Assembly: GCA_039096225.1 (NCBI GenBank)
Contig: JBBPEB010000017.1
Coordinates: 186,001 to 250,000 of the forward strand
DNA: 64,000 nt
Direction of reading: 5' to 3'
Source of the DNA: Blastocystis sp. Blastoise
Lineage: Eukaryota; Protista; Bigyra: Opalinata
In this document: piece by piece, positions 1 through 15,900 of the stretch
Position numbering within the stretch: the stretch's first letter is position 1
Layout: every line of letters starts with the position of its first letter
Notes under the pieces: model-generated
What the model was told of the DNA's origin: nothing
What the model saw: only the letters and a program-made list of their open reading frames with translations
Databases searched by the model: none
Program-made: the position numbers and the translations under genes

Positions 1-2705
1 ATATTTCTACTCATATATTTCCAAATGTAACAACACTTCGAATTGATAGTATATATACATTATTATTATTTTTTAATTATTTTATGAATATATATTATTT
101 ATATATATATATTATTATTAATATACAGATAGAGGGAATAAGTCATTTGATGAGAAAATGTTTAATCGATTTCTTTTATTATTTACTTCTGAACATTTCC
201 CAAAATTACATATTTATGATCTTCAACATTATTCTATAAAGAATTATGAATTTGTTACAAGTATAGATAGTATACTTCAAATACCATTAATAGAACAATT
301 GGATACTATGTATATGACTATATCAACGGAACAAGAAGTATCATTAGATCATTCTAAAAAGAAATCATACCTTGATTCAATATTACAAACAATAAAGAAA
401 TTAAATAATAATACAAACTATCAACTATGTTGTATATACTTATTATTATATATTTATTGTATTCTATCTATAGTTAATAATTTCATTTTCTTTAAGAATG
501 ATATACTATCAGAATTATTATTACAAAAGAATGTTATCTTTAATAAAACCTATTTTTATTGTATACTCATTTTTAAACATATATATATTTTAAATAATAC
601 CTATATATAGTAGATAATAGTACTATTGGACCTATATACTCAGAAGATACACACTTTTTGAAGGATTATGAGTTTAAAGAATTATATATTCACGATAAAG
701 AAGCTGGTATATTTTTATATTCTTTCATTATATATCAATAAACCCAGATTTATAATAATCATGAATATTTTATTTATTATTTAATATATTTATAATTTTT
801 CCTTTCATTTTAAACTTATATCCTTTTTTTTAAATTTTTACGTTATAAATAGTTAGAAATGATTATGAAAAATCAAAATTAGAGTTATCGATTTTAAAGA
901 ATGGAAATAAAAACATAAATAAATATCAAGATCAACTGGAAATATGTATTTGTTAAGATTATTATTTTTCTTATTATATCTATAATAAAAACTATATTTA
1001 GTTATATATTCATCTGTATTCTCTCCTAATGAAGTCAATAGTTTTACTAATATTATGAATTCATTAAATACGGAACATATTGAAACGATTACTTTTTCTT
1101 GTATATATATTTATATAGTATCTATATTTTTCTTTCTGTTTATTTTCATCTTATTTAATACTATATATGATAGTGTTTTTATTCTTATATATATATATAT
1201 ATATATAGTTCGAGAAAACTATCACATTTCATTACCTGACTTTGTTTCTAGTTTTAAGAAAGCTAATTATCCTCATTTAAAGAAATTAACTATTAGTATA
1301 TATATATATATATTCATTCTTTATTAATCAATAATACTTTTATATTAACTATTTATTATTAATCATTCAAATTATAGCATATATTAGTATGTTTGCAGGC
1401 GTAACCCTTGAAGATATAAAAATAAATGCAAAGAATATGTCCTTGTTATTATCATGCTTTTCAAATAGTCTTAAAGAATTAAATTTAGATTGTATATTCT
1501 AATTTATCTTATTCTTAATATATATATGGTAGAACCAGATTATTATTATTTGTCTTATTTTTATTATATATATAGTAGAACCAGAAAATGATTATATGGA
1601 AACTATTTTGAAAGAAACAGTGAATTTTCCGTTATGGGAGAATATTGAATCTCTTTCTTTTCCAACAGGTAAATTTAGTTTATGTAATATAATATAATAT
1701 AATATTTATATATATATAGGACGTTATCATCGTGTCACTTGTCTTTTTGATTTTTTTTGTAATAATTTCATAAATAATAAATTATTACAATTGGAATCAT
1801 TAGTTCTTACTGGTATTTAATATTATCTTTATTTTTTATTATTATCATAAATAATAATTGCTATAATTAAATCTCTATAGGTAAAAATGATTATGAAAAT
1901 GACTATATAGTATTTATTCATCAATTATTGAGTGATTTAAATATATATAATTCTAAATCAATAATAGATGAGACTGAAAAATCTCAAAACTTTTATTGTA
2001 TATATATATATATTATCTATATTCTCTTCCCTACAATAAAGTGATTATTATCATATTTTTTATATATAATATAACTTTATATCTATCTAGGTGTTGACTG
2101 TATATATCAAGTCAAGGATATTATATGTAATTTTGAATCATTACAATTAAAATGTCAAGAACCAATAAAATATATACATATGTCAAGAAGATTTGAGCAT
2201 TTTGTTGAATTTAATAAACGATATTGGAATTCTATATATATCTTGTTACAAACACAAAATATGAATTCCTTAGAATCTTTATATATGTGTATATTATTAC
2301 TTTTAATTTTTATTTATTGTTCATTAGTTTATATTTTATATATTATATATAGATATATATGAAGAGAATGACTTAATAAAAACTGAAGAACTTTTTAATG
2401 AAAAGAACTTTCCTAATATGAAGGAGTGTACAATTTATGTAATAGGTATATTTATATATATTATATAAATAAACTTTTAATCTATATATATACATATATT
2501 TATATATATTTATATATATTATATATATAAACTTTTAATCTATATATATACATATATTTATATATATTTATTCAATAATAGTATATATATTAAATTTATT
2601 ATAGAATCACTCTTTATGACAGAATCATGTGAAGTTGTGAAGAATCGAGCGAAAGAATCGAGAATTTCATTTGTTGTTAATTCTTTTATTAAAGAAGAGA
2701 TTTAA
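1..2705 (+). CDS. 5'-truncated multi-exon member of the BTB/LRR-like repeat family (divergent copy)
   Basis: About 14 exons splice in frame through GT..AG introns, all phase 1. Motifs shared with the paralogs: STHIFPNVTTL, EHFPKLHIY, NYPHLKKLTI, NFPNMKECTI. Ends ...FIKEEI-TAA at 2703-2705. Confidence 0.8.
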
Positions 2706-3432
2706 AGTTAGTATATTTAATTACGGTTTTATCTACATATTTTTAATATTCATATATATATATATATATTTATATATTATTTATAATTGTTCCAACTACT
2801 TTTAAATCATATTGTGTGTTTTTTTATTTTATTTAAATTCAATGACTTTTAACAACTTAATCTCAAGGATATTGTCATGTTAATACTTTAATATCTTTTT
2901 ATTCTAACTTTATATATACGAATATAAAAATTTTTAATGTTAAATAAATATCACAAAGTCTTGTAATACTTGTAACATAAATAGAAATATTTAAAAGTTA
3001 TTATACTTAATTAATGGTAGTTTGTAAGAAATATAAACATGTATTAGTTATTTATTTTTATTAATACATATATGTATCAATACGAAAAGGTCAACATAAA
3101 ATAAAAAACTATTCCACTTTCTATTTGATATATAACACTATTATATGTCAATGTTATTCAATAAACATAATTTTAAATACTATTATTTATTCATTTGTAT
3201 AATCATATTTAAATATATACTATTATCACATATAATAAACATTTAAAAACTTTTAGTTTCAAATATATAAATTTAAACAAACAAAAACTAAGTGTTATAA
3301 AAATAATTATATATTAAAGTATAATAGAAATATGTATAAATAAAAAAATCAGTGAATATGAAATTATATATGAAATAATGATTTTAAAAAAGATAAGTAT
3401 TATAAATAAAAAGAGGAATATATACATCTGTA

Positions 3433-3566
3433 TTAAAAGTCATCATAATTTCTATTATTAGTTAAGTCATAAAATACATGATTCTTTTTAATAAATGTAG
3501 AATCTTTCACTTTTTGTTTATATTCATTAATAGCTTCTTCTGATGCTTCTAATTCAGATGAATCTA

Positions 3567-3597
<31 letters not shown>

Positions 3598-6500
3598 CCA
3601 TATCTACATGCGAATTTCTTTAATTTCGGTATTTCACCTGATAATACTAAATCTAATACATCAAATAATAATGTATCATTGTAAAAATCTAAATATAAAA
3701 AATATTTATATAATTATAATGATACTAAAAAAACTTACATATATCAAAATATCTTAAATTTGGGATTTGTTGTTGTTTAATACATTTAATAAATGTTTTG
3801 ATTTCATTTTCAGATATTGATTCATCTTTATATATATATATAGATATATAGATAATAATCAGTAATAAAATATACCAAATTGATTACTAACAATAGTTTC
3901 TACAGATAAATTAACAGTATTCTTTATTTGTTGAATAGATTCGTTAGGATAGAAATGGAAAGAACGATAATCACCAACTTTCTCTAGGAGAAGAATTCAA
4001 ATAATAATAAAAAACTATTAAATAAATATATATACCTTCCAAATGTATACAACCTGATGATGGGAAATTATTACTATTATATGAAGATAAAGTATCTATG
4101 AAATTATTGAAACATTCACTTGATTTTACATCTATATATAATTATATGATATAAAAATATATATTCATAAAATATATATTAATAGTAATCAGAACATACA
4201 TTATCAAGTAATCTTAACATTTTAGCATATATATGATTGATTAATCAGTATTTTATATAATCAATTTATATAAAACATAAAAATAAATCATATGTATAAT
4301 ATTCAAAAAGTATATTTTTGATAAATATTTAACTATATATATAAATACATATTGAAAAACGTTTCAATTTAGCGAAGTTATTCTTAGTATATGATTCAAA
4401 AAATGTCTTAATTGGTATATCATCCATTTCTAAATAATAATTATATAGTTATTTCTTGAAACTATTAAATATAATGAACATAATAAAAAGCATAATAATA
4501 ATAACTAGTATATACCAAAACTTAATATAATTGCATTTTGGAAACCTCCACTTTGAATTAATTTCATTATCATGGTATCATAACCATATCCTAAGAAGCA
4601 TTAATCATAATTATATTATTATTTATTATAATAATAATTAAAAAACAATTGATGTTCATGAATTTAATACTGACTAAATATAATATACCTTTTAAAGTAA
4701 TAAACGAAGCTTTACTAACTATTTTTTTAAGGATATTTTCGAAAATAGAGAAATATTCTGGTTCAGGATTCTTTTTAAGCTCAGGTACTATAAAAATAGA
4801 TAAATTTATAGATAGATATAATTCTAATATATACAATCAATAATTAAATATTCTATGCTACTAAATGTGTTATCGTTAATTAGAGTATCAATTCTTTTTA
4901 ATTCATTTATACATATACGCTTATAAACTATATATATAATTAAATAACATTAATAAATGTATATATAATCATACACTCAAGCCCACAGTTTGATAAATTT
5001 TGTAATATACTACTATTAAATAGATGTTTAAAAGCATCTTGAATATCAAGTAATTCTTGAGTTTCATCATCACTACTATCTTCATCACTATTATCACTTT
5101 CTTCATCACTATTATTATCATCATCACTATTATTATCATCATCACTATTATTATCATTTTCATCATCTTTATTATCTTTATCATCATCATTACTTTCATT
5201 ATTATCATTACTTTCATCATTATCATTAATACTTTCAACATTACTATTATTATCATGATTATCATCATTACTTTCATCATTATCATTAATGCTTTCAACA
5301 TTACTATTATTATCATTTTCATCATTACTATAACCATCATCATTATTATCATTATTATCATCATCACCACTATAATCATCATTACTGTTATCATTTTCAA
5401 CACTATTACCCTCATCATCATCACCACTATAACCATCATTACTGTTATCATTTTCAACACTATTACTCTCATCATCATCACCACTATAATCATCATTATT
5501 ATCACTATTATCATCATCACCACTATAATTATCATCAATATTATCATTTTCATAATCACTACTTTCTTCATCATTATCACTCTCATCATCATTTTGATAA
5601 TAATAATAATAATATTTTAAATTTCGAAAATCATAGCCAATATGATAATCTATAAATTATATAATTCTATTATATAAATATATACTAGTAAAGAACATTT
5701 TGAAATAATCAACTTTAACATTTCTATTTTCAAATTCTTCCAATAAATCATCAAATAATGGCTCATACTTCTCCATATTACAAAGATCTATTAAAAACGA
5801 AATTTAAGAATAAGTAAATAATTATAAAAATCAAATAATAAAATATACTACTTAGATAAAATGTATATGTAAAAAGTCCTTTTTCAAGAATTTCTTTCTT
5901 ATGAGGAAATAAATCAATAACAGTAGCTATATATACATGAAAATAAATTTATAAATATAATTAATTTACAATTAATTAGAAACAAAAAAACCAAGTATAT
6001 ATATACAGCTTGAAAAAATATGGATTGAGTGATTATAAGCTAAATCATCTAAATAGATAGCATTCTTTTTCTTATTATACCACACCATATCTACATTTAT
6101 TGTATTAATTAATGATAAAATTTGTTCAGGAATTTTTTGTTTGAAAATATTGCTACCTATGATATATATAATATATTTAACAAGAATATAATATATATAC
6201 CATATTTATAAGTAATAATATGTAATTTTGGGAAGCATTCCTTCTTAATTAATGATAATGTGAAAGTTTCTATATATACATAATAAACAATATAGACAAA
6301 TATTTAAATATATAGCAAATGCTATATATATACCATCATTAAGAAAAAGTTCTGTAACATTAGGAAACACATGAGTTGTCATTAAATTTAAAAATTCATC
6401 ATTATTAAATAATTTATTGAATTCTGTAACTATATAAAGAGCATCATTAAAAATAATAAAAAAATCTTATATACTCCAGTCTGAAGCCAGTAAGGTGAGA

Positions 6501-7285
6501 GAATCAAAATAACCATCTTCAAAGGCTTTCATAAAAATAATAGCAATTTTTTTGTCGATATAAGAAATTTTATCTATATATTGAATATCAAATAATTATA
6601 AATATTTTCTTTTTTATAAATTTATTTATTTACCTGATTGAATATCTAACTTCGAAAAATGAAAACTAGATGGAAAATGTAATAATTGAGCTAAACCAAT
6701 TTCTGTATTAATTTTGGAATTATATCTATACAAATATATTTAAAATAAAAGTGTTTAACATATATAATTATAATATAAATACGAGAATACCGAGAGTGTC
6801 ATGTCATCTGTAAATAGAATTTTAAGACAGATATATATATATATATATATATATATTTAATAATAATATAAATAATATATAAATGTTAAGTATATATAAA
6901 TATAAAAAAATACTACCATAATTAATAGCTACACTATCTTTAAGTGAATAATAGATATCTTGACTAATTTTAACTTGTGTATAATCATCTGAATATACAG
7001 CTGGTTCAAGAATAACTTCATAGAGTTTAGGTAATTTATTTTCAGATTTTCTATCAGAATAAGAATCTTTAATATCCCAATCAGCATTAGTATTCTTAAT
7101 ATCAAAAGAAATATTCTTATTATATTCATCCATCTCTGACTCAGTATAATAATCAAATTTCTCATCATAATCGATATATTTACCATTATTTTCACAAAAA
7201 ATAATATATTAATGTATATATTCATCACTATTTGGATTTAATAATGTATCACCTTTCAAATAGTTTTTAACTATAACTATATATA

Positions 7286-7330
<45 letters not shown>

Positions 7331-8109
7331 ATAAATTTTTAACTGTGAAACTAAGGGGAATATTTCTTTTATGCAAGATGGATAAATATATTCTGATGGT
7401 ATATTTGGTGCATATTGATCTATATATATAATCATTACTTATTGCATACTAATTATATATTTACATGTAATTTCAACATGATCAATATTCATCATTTTAA
7501 AAAGAAGAGAATAACGTAATAATTCATCTTTTCGTTGTGGTGTCGTTAAGCCTATATATATATATATATAAATTATTTGGAGGGATATTAGTATTATATC
7601 TATTATATAAATATATTCTTACCATATATTCTTATTACTTTATTTTGTGAATTAAAGAGTACAGTATGATTAGTCGATAAATCACATTTATGTAAACTAT
7701 AATATTCATTTTTAGATAAATAATTATAGAATAATTCTTCAATATGAAATAATAAATCATTTATTCTTTCGTCTCTCATATCTATTGAATACTCAACAAG
7801 CGTTTTATATATATCAGCACCATCATCTAAATCTAATGAATCAATATCCATATTATCGTCACTTAAAAATTGAATCACTTTTTCCATGCTCAATGAAGGC
7901 ATATCTACATAATAACTATCATCCTCATATTTCTCAGAGTGTTGGATAATATCCTGAAAGGGAAATTGAGGATATTTCTCAATAAATTCTTTAGAAATCC
8001 ATAATTGTTTCTCATCTTGAAAAGTAAATAAGTCTAAAAAATAGAATAACAGATTTAATCACATTTAAATACATTTCTCTTGAGATGGCTCGGCTAAAAC
8101 TTCTGACAT
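3433..8109 (-). CDS. BTB/POZ-like + LRR-like repeat family protein with ~175-aa acidic insertion (intact)
   Basis: ATG at 8109: MSEVLAEPSQEKY-LFTFQDEKQLWISKEFIEKYPQFPF...YYVDMP. Later exons include THVFPNVTEL, ECFPKLHII and IPKLKE. Ends FIKKNHVFYDLTNNRNYDDF-TAA. The exons I traced stay in frame. Confidence 0.8.
5063..5593 (-). repeat. Coding low-complexity D/N/S/E tract with internal repeats (YSGDDDxxNSVENDNSND)
   Basis: Stop-free in the spliced frame of exon 4975-5649; GAT/AAT/AGT/GAA codon runs with duplicated sub-blocks. Confidence 0.85.
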
Positions 8110-9981
8110 GACTTGCTAAACTATATAAACAAGCAACAATGAGACGATGAAATGTGTAAAAAATGATATTTTTGTGGATATATAACGAATACATGCTTTA
8201 AACTTACTTTATTAAACTAAATTAATAAAATATTTTAATTATTTATGAATAACAAAAATAAAAAAATATGAAATATAAGAGAGTTTCATTTCCATATATA
8301 TAGAAATCTATTTAGAAAACTGTTCAAATACTAGAATTCTATTATTGCATTTTCCCACGATTAAATGTAAGTTATATGAATCATGGTTATATAGTCAAAA
8401 TAACTTGAAAAAGCTAAATAATTGAAATAAAAAATTTTTTACAAAAAAAAAATAAAATGATTATTTCTTTGGTTTCTAGTTCATATAATGGGTTATCAGT
8501 ATTGTTTTTGTTATAAACTACTTGTTGAGACAATTGTGAGGATAAACAAATAACTCTAAGTAGATAATTTGTGCATGATAATCTGATATGCTGAATTGTT
8601 ATCATGAAAACGTGTTGAAAATGGTTTCATTGTATGTAAAATAATGTGAAGATAATCATATAGAAATAAATATTTAGAAAATAAGAATATCAAGGAAAGA
8701 ATTGTTGATAAATTTCACAAAATTGGAATTTGAGCATGCTACACAAATAGGTAAGATAATGGAGTCACACATTAAATAATTATAATCGAATTTAATGGTA
8801 TTTAGAAATGAATAACTTCTTTATGACAAAATAAATGCTTCTTAAATCATATCATTCATTTTATGCTTTATTTTTATCTACTATAAAATTAATAAAGAGT
8901 CAATTAATGAAATAAATGATATTTATTTGATAATTTTGTAATAACTTACTATATATTTATATATCTATATAATATTTAATAGCCATTTATATATTATTTA
9001 CCCTGTATAATCTTATACTCTTTTAACATCTCTAATATGTATAAGAATAAACAAAAACGTAATAATTTAGTCAACTCTTCATTATATCTTCAAGTCATAT
9101 AAAAAATAGGTAAATAGAATTCTTAGAAATAGCATAATTTTTATACAAAAAATTATTATTATTAGATATGAGAAAACATAGCAAAAAAATATATCGTTAT
9201 AAGGAAAACACTTAGAAATTATCATCCTATTCATAATTAATAATGAACGACTAAGAAATATAATAGCAGCTATATATAAATCGCAATAATATTATTTTAA
9301 AATGTTAGATAAATAATTCTTTTTTGTTGAAAAATGAATTATATCTATGATATTACTTATATAATAATCAAAATATATTATTATAATAAGATATATTTGT
9401 CTTTTCGATATATATTATTATTAGAAAACTATATATATTTATTTATTATTAAAGTATTAGTTTATTATATAAAAGTATTAAAATATATAAAATAAATAGT
9501 TTTCTTTTTCCTTTATGATTACAATGTTAAAAATTTTGGATTTTTCAGAATTTTTATTCTTTAACATTATTCATAGCATTTCATACACAATTCTTTTACC
9601 AATATATTCATAAAAATACTGAGTACAACTAAATTTAACATGATCACTTATTTAATTTCTGAAAGTAAAACGAAATCAACATATTCATGTTTTACAAATC
9701 ATTCCTATTTTTTTTTATATCTTATTAATAGTTGAAACTGAATTCAAGTTGAAATTGCCATCAATTTATGATATTAAAAAGCATAAGAAAATGAGAATCC
9801 TAAAAGCATTTCACTCCCTCCACACACTCAATAAGCTTTTACACTGAGATAACTGTTATCCATATAAAAAACTAAGACCAAAAATTTATAGTTTTTTACA
9901 ATTTTCTTTTGAGTAACTAAAATTTTTAAATTTTCTTTTGTTATACAACTGTTTAAAGTTTGCTTATTTGTGCTGTAGAGA

Positions 9982-12900
9982 ATGGAGAACGAAGACTTTG
10001 TCTATTTGAACCAGTATATGAATAGTTTTATGAATTTTAAATCAATTGTGTAGTCCATCTGTTCTTCATTTGTTACCGGAACAGCAACAATTATTTATCA
10101 GGAATGAATCTAAGGATATTGGTATTAAAATAATCGATCAATTCGTTGATATTCTTCATTCTAAAAAACGTAATGGTGATCAATTTGATAATATTGCGAA
10201 TCTGTTGGTATATATTTTTTATATTTATTAAATCTATTTTTATCTTCTTTACTAAACATCTTTTATTCAACGTTTTTCTTTTTTAGAAGGAATTTTTGAA
10301 AAATGAACTCTACGAGAGAGATATAAACGCTTTTTCTAAATTAGTGAACGCTCTTGTTGAAGTGATCTTCTCATCTAAGTTCTCGTATGAATATCTTTTT
10401 TTAATCTTATTTAATATATATTTATAGAAATCAAATGATAAGTGTATCTTTTGATATCTTAGACTCTTTACAAGTTTATTATGGTCCAGAACTTGATGTA
10501 TATATATATTAATATTATATATATATATATCTTATACCTATCGCTATTCTTTTTGTAGATTCATTTGAATCTAAAAGAAATATTGAATTTTTATATACAT
10601 ATAAATAATTATGATATAAATAATAGTACTGTTTCTTATGGTAAAGAACAATATTTGAATGTGAATCGAATGCAACATGTATATATATATAAATAATAAT
10701 AATTATTATTATTATTTTAGTTTACTCGTTACATTAAAAATGAAACATTTGATGCCATTGTTCCTTAATTAATCACGATTATTGAAGACTCTACAACAGA
10801 GAATAAACTATTCCCCGCGATTCTTTTTATTGCTAGTTTTTTGCCAGATCATTATTGGCATCAAAAATTATTTGAATTGTATATATGTATAGGTTATATA
10901 ATAATAAAATTGAAGTTTTTTTTATAAATAGTATTATTTAATAAATTATTATTATATATAGGATTTTAAATAAATTTTATAATCATCAATATATATTTAT
11001 TCGATGTGTATATATGGAAGTATTATCTGACATAATAGATACATATATAAGTAAAGATCCTTATATATCTCCTCTCTCTCCTCTTCCTAAAGATACACTT
11101 CAAGATAGTTTTCCTATGTATATGTATATAGAGGATATATATTCATGCTTACAAGAAGTATTATTTGAAGATTCACAAAAAAATCCTAATAATATTTGGA
11201 ATATAAATGAGGAAGACAAATCAATCGAGCTTTATAGTGTATATAAATAATATATATACATATATATATAGGGTTATATTTCTTCTATATGTGAATTAAT
11301 CTATATACAATCACCTGATGACCCTTACTATGGATATAATCGTTTTATTGTATTTATATATATAGAAACTATATTATACATAACAAATAACATATATATA
11401 TAGGAATTTATAAATTTCATGATTCCTATGTCATTAAAAAAAGGAGATGAAAAGAATATTCTATTAATATACATATTATTTACTCTATATAATTATCTTG
11501 TTCAACACGAAATATTAAATACTGAGAATTTTATTAACAATCATTTATCTAAAGAACAACATAATGTAATTGTTCATCTATTCATAGACACTTGGATGAC
11601 TGTATATATATATATATTTAATATTATTTATAAGACAAAAAATAATAAAAATATCTATAATTAAATAATTATTTATTTATAGATGTTTTATAATCAACCA
11701 GAATTACCTGATTTAGCTTATACTTCTATTTCAGGTTTAACTTCTCTCGATCCTCTATATATATGTAATCAATTCTTTTCTATTTATAATACTGTGATGA
11801 ATCAAGAAAAGAAAGATGATAAAATAGTATTTATTTATATATATATTCTTATGGTTTTCTATAACAAGTATATATAACATTAATATTATATATATTTAGA
11901 TTATTGGATTACTTACTCTTTTCGGCGATATTTGTAGTTATCTATTCCCTGTTATATCTTTAAGAACACAGCTTTATCCATTTACTTTATCTTTAATAAA
12001 TTATATAGATATTAATAATCTTGAAATTTCAGCTTCTGTATTAACTATTATATATAATATTTTTACTCTGTGTCCTGAACTACCTGGTATATATTTATAT
12101 TTATAATAGTTATACTATATATGTATATAGACAGAACTTGTATATTTATATCTCTTGATGAACGAAAAGAATGGATTATGTCTGTATATATAATATATCA
12201 TAGTATTCTATTATAAATATATATATATAGTGTCTCAAACAGATTTGTCGTTTTTACCTTCGAGGAATGACCTCGAATATATTAAAATTATCTATATTAT
12301 TTCAACGTCTAATTACATTTTTAACAAAAACAGAAATTAATATTATTTCTAAGTCTATTTTTGAGTATATATTATATATATATATTACTAAGCAATTAAT
12401 TTATATATTTTTTGATTTATTCTATAATCCATTTTTTATTCCATAAATATAAAAAATATTATTTATATAGTGATATTGACACGATTTCTGAGATAAAAAC
12501 AGTTGATGATTTTAAAGTATCCGAAGTATTCTTTAAATACATATATTCTGTCTATCCTGAAGTTTATATTCATTATATTAAAGAGAAGATAGAAGCAGTA
12601 GATATTCTTTTTAAAGATATAAATCCATTAGTTATTTCTTCAAATCAAATTCATAAACTTATTAAGAAATATACTAATAATATTAATACCATATTTACAG
12701 CAGTATTCTTCTTTCATCAGTATATATTTATTATTTAATATGTATTATTTAATATGTATATTATTTAATATGTATTATTTAATATATCATTTTATATATA
12801 TCATTTTATATATAGAATAGATCTTCCAGATTCTCTAATAGATTCTCTTCTTCATATATTTCTATGTATATTATCAAGTGGTTATGAGGATTATACTTTT

Positions 12901-15900
12901 TATATCTTTACATATATTGATAAATTTATATATAAATTAATACCAGAAATTCAATTAAATAACTATAATTATGAATATCCCAAGGAAATGACATTATATT
13001 CAACTACTGATGATAAAGAGAAAGAAGAAGCTATTCATAAAGCAGCTACATATACTTTTAATCCTACTAATCATAATGTATATATATATATATATAATCA
13101 TGATTATATTAACTTTAATAATAATTATTATTACATTTTCCTCTATTCATATATATATAGTTTACATATAAGTCTATTTCAGAATCTACGATTTATACAA
13201 TAAAGAGAATGATTCAATTATTTTATGTGGATATATATACATCCATTCTTTCAGATATTAATAATAATTGTACATAAATATATTAATATTATTATAATTC
13301 ATTTATTTATATTTTATATATGTAGCTACAAATATAATGGATTGGAAACAAAAAACAAATATCATGTCATCAGTATATATATATATTTTTCTTCTTTTTC
13401 TTTGTATATGTTTCTATTATATATATATATAGATAAGTTTCATTCTCCCACTTATATTCCCTGTGAATAGTATTTATAATAAGTATATATCTAAAGAAAT
13501 CAATCAACTCCGAGATATCTTTTTTAATGAAAAACATGTATATATATATCATATATATATGCATTGCTTTATATAGATTATATATAATCAGTTATATATA
13601 TATAAATTTTATATATAGCCAATTGAGGTATGTTCTATTATAATAGATTATATTCAAGGAAAAACAATTAATGCAAAAATGACTGAATCTATTGGTTTTA
13701 TTCTGTATATATTGTTCATAAAGCATTATATATTTATTATATATAATTTATTATAATTTATTCTTTATTAAACATCACATATATATAGTAAGCCTTATTT
13801 ACAAGAGAATAAATTTGAAGTTACTATGCAGTCAACAACTAAATATACTAATCTTGAACAAATGAAGAATATATATCTAGCGTATCATAAACATCTTAAA
13901 GAAGCAGCTGTTTTTGGAGGAAAATATGAATATACAGTTTATATATATAATAAAATTATTGATATTGAATCATTTATGAATGCTCTTAATAGAAATTGTA
14001 GTATAAATGAAAAGTATGTTTATTTATCGTCCTTCAATTATTTACGATTATATTTATTATTCTATTATTCAAAATAATAGTATAATTTTAATTTATATAG
14101 AATCACTCAATATAATATTCCATCTTTAATGAATAATATCCTTCATCTTCCTTTAACAACAGAATTAGGATCACCAATACCTACTTTAGAAACTATAAAT
14201 ATATTAATTAGTCTTTGCTATAAATCAGGGTGTGTTCCTTTTTATGTATATATATATTATTAGTTTTATTATAATTATTATTTCTAATTATTACATATTC
14301 AATATATATTTATTTTTTTCAATATAATTAATATAACTAATTAATATTAATAACTATTAACAATATAGATTATTCAAAATATGTTTTGTGATGTTTTGAA
14401 AGAAATTAACTCGTATTCACTTTTAAAGAATTATATGTATATATTTATATATTTATATTTTTTTACTTATTATTTATATATATAGTCAAAATATGTCATC
14501 TATAAATTTAACTACTTTATATACTGTTACTCCTGCTCTTCTTCAATTTATGGCGAATCCATTTGAGAATATAAAGAAACAAAGTATATTCAGCTTTATT
14601 ACCGGTGATAAAGAAAAAATAAATGAATCTATTCAACAAACGCAACAATATATTATCAATAATATGTATATAGAATATATATATTTTAAATTAGATTTTG
14701 TTAATACTATTTCTAAATATTTGAATAATAATATTATTATATAGATTATTCCTTTTCTTATTATTATTATATATAGTGAAGTATTGTTTTCATCTTCAAC
14801 AGTAAATGATTCAAATATAATTGAGTTTTATAATTTTATGTCTTCTCTTTGGGAGAAAGTACCTACATTGACACAAAAACTATTTGTATATTAATATATA
14901 CTCATTATTTTCTTTATTGATATTACTCACTAAAACATTACATAACCATATTATTATTTATTGGTCATATTCTATTCATATATATATAATAGTATATACA
15001 TCTCTTCGGGTATTTATTAAATGTGTCTTCTGTTTCTATTCCTGATTCCCATATAAATCCTCTTTGTTCTCTCCTTTTCTCTCTTATGAATAAAAAACAC
15101 CAAGTAGCATCATCTCTCTCAATTATTCTTCTTCTTGTTATTCATAGTAAAAGAAATAACTTTTGCATCACTTATATAGAATTCCTAGAACAGAATCAAT
15201 GTATTCAATTGTTTTTTAATGTATGTTATATATGATTAAAATACATATATATGAATATAAATATATTTTTATTATTATATGTGTTTCGTTATTATTACAT
15301 TTTATTGAATATATATAGTCTTTATATCAATCCTTTATTTTGGATGACTCTTCTTTAACACCAGATTTAATCTCTTTATCTGGAATTAAAATATTACCTG
15401 AATGTACAGTACTACATCCTTTCTATATGATGGATGAAAACATTATGCCTAGAATGCCTCAAATGAACTATATTGCTCTCCTTTTTGTATATATATATAT
15501 TATTAATTATTATCTTGCTTAAATGCATGTAAATAGTATTTTCAATTATTTATATTAAAAATATGTTTACTTTATAAGTTACTATTTTCTTCACTATATA
15601 ATATATACTATTATATTTCATACCACACAATTCTTATTATCTTTGAATTATTATTTCTCTTTATATATATAGGATGCAATGAAAACTCATAATGATTTAT
15701 TACTACCTTATATAATCAATGAGATCTGTAAGAAAATGATTTTATGTGGTATATAAAAATAGATATATATTTATAATTATATTATTTCATAGATGATAAT
15801 CACACAAAAATTTATTTTTATGTTTATGTATTATATTATTCTTGTATAACGTCCATTATGTCTCTTCCTTCTTCTTCTCCTTTCTATGAAAACACACAAG

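Noticed and set aside
2450-2570. About 60-bp tandem duplication (similar ones near 12720-12790 and 63780-63890)
   Set aside because: Simple intronic AT-rich slippage; no spacer structure, not CRISPR-like.
4969-5620. Poly-Ile/Met ORFs 4969-5592(-) and 5057-5620(+)
   Set aside because: Alternative frames of the acidic D/N/S/E exon; the splice-compatible frame is a different one.
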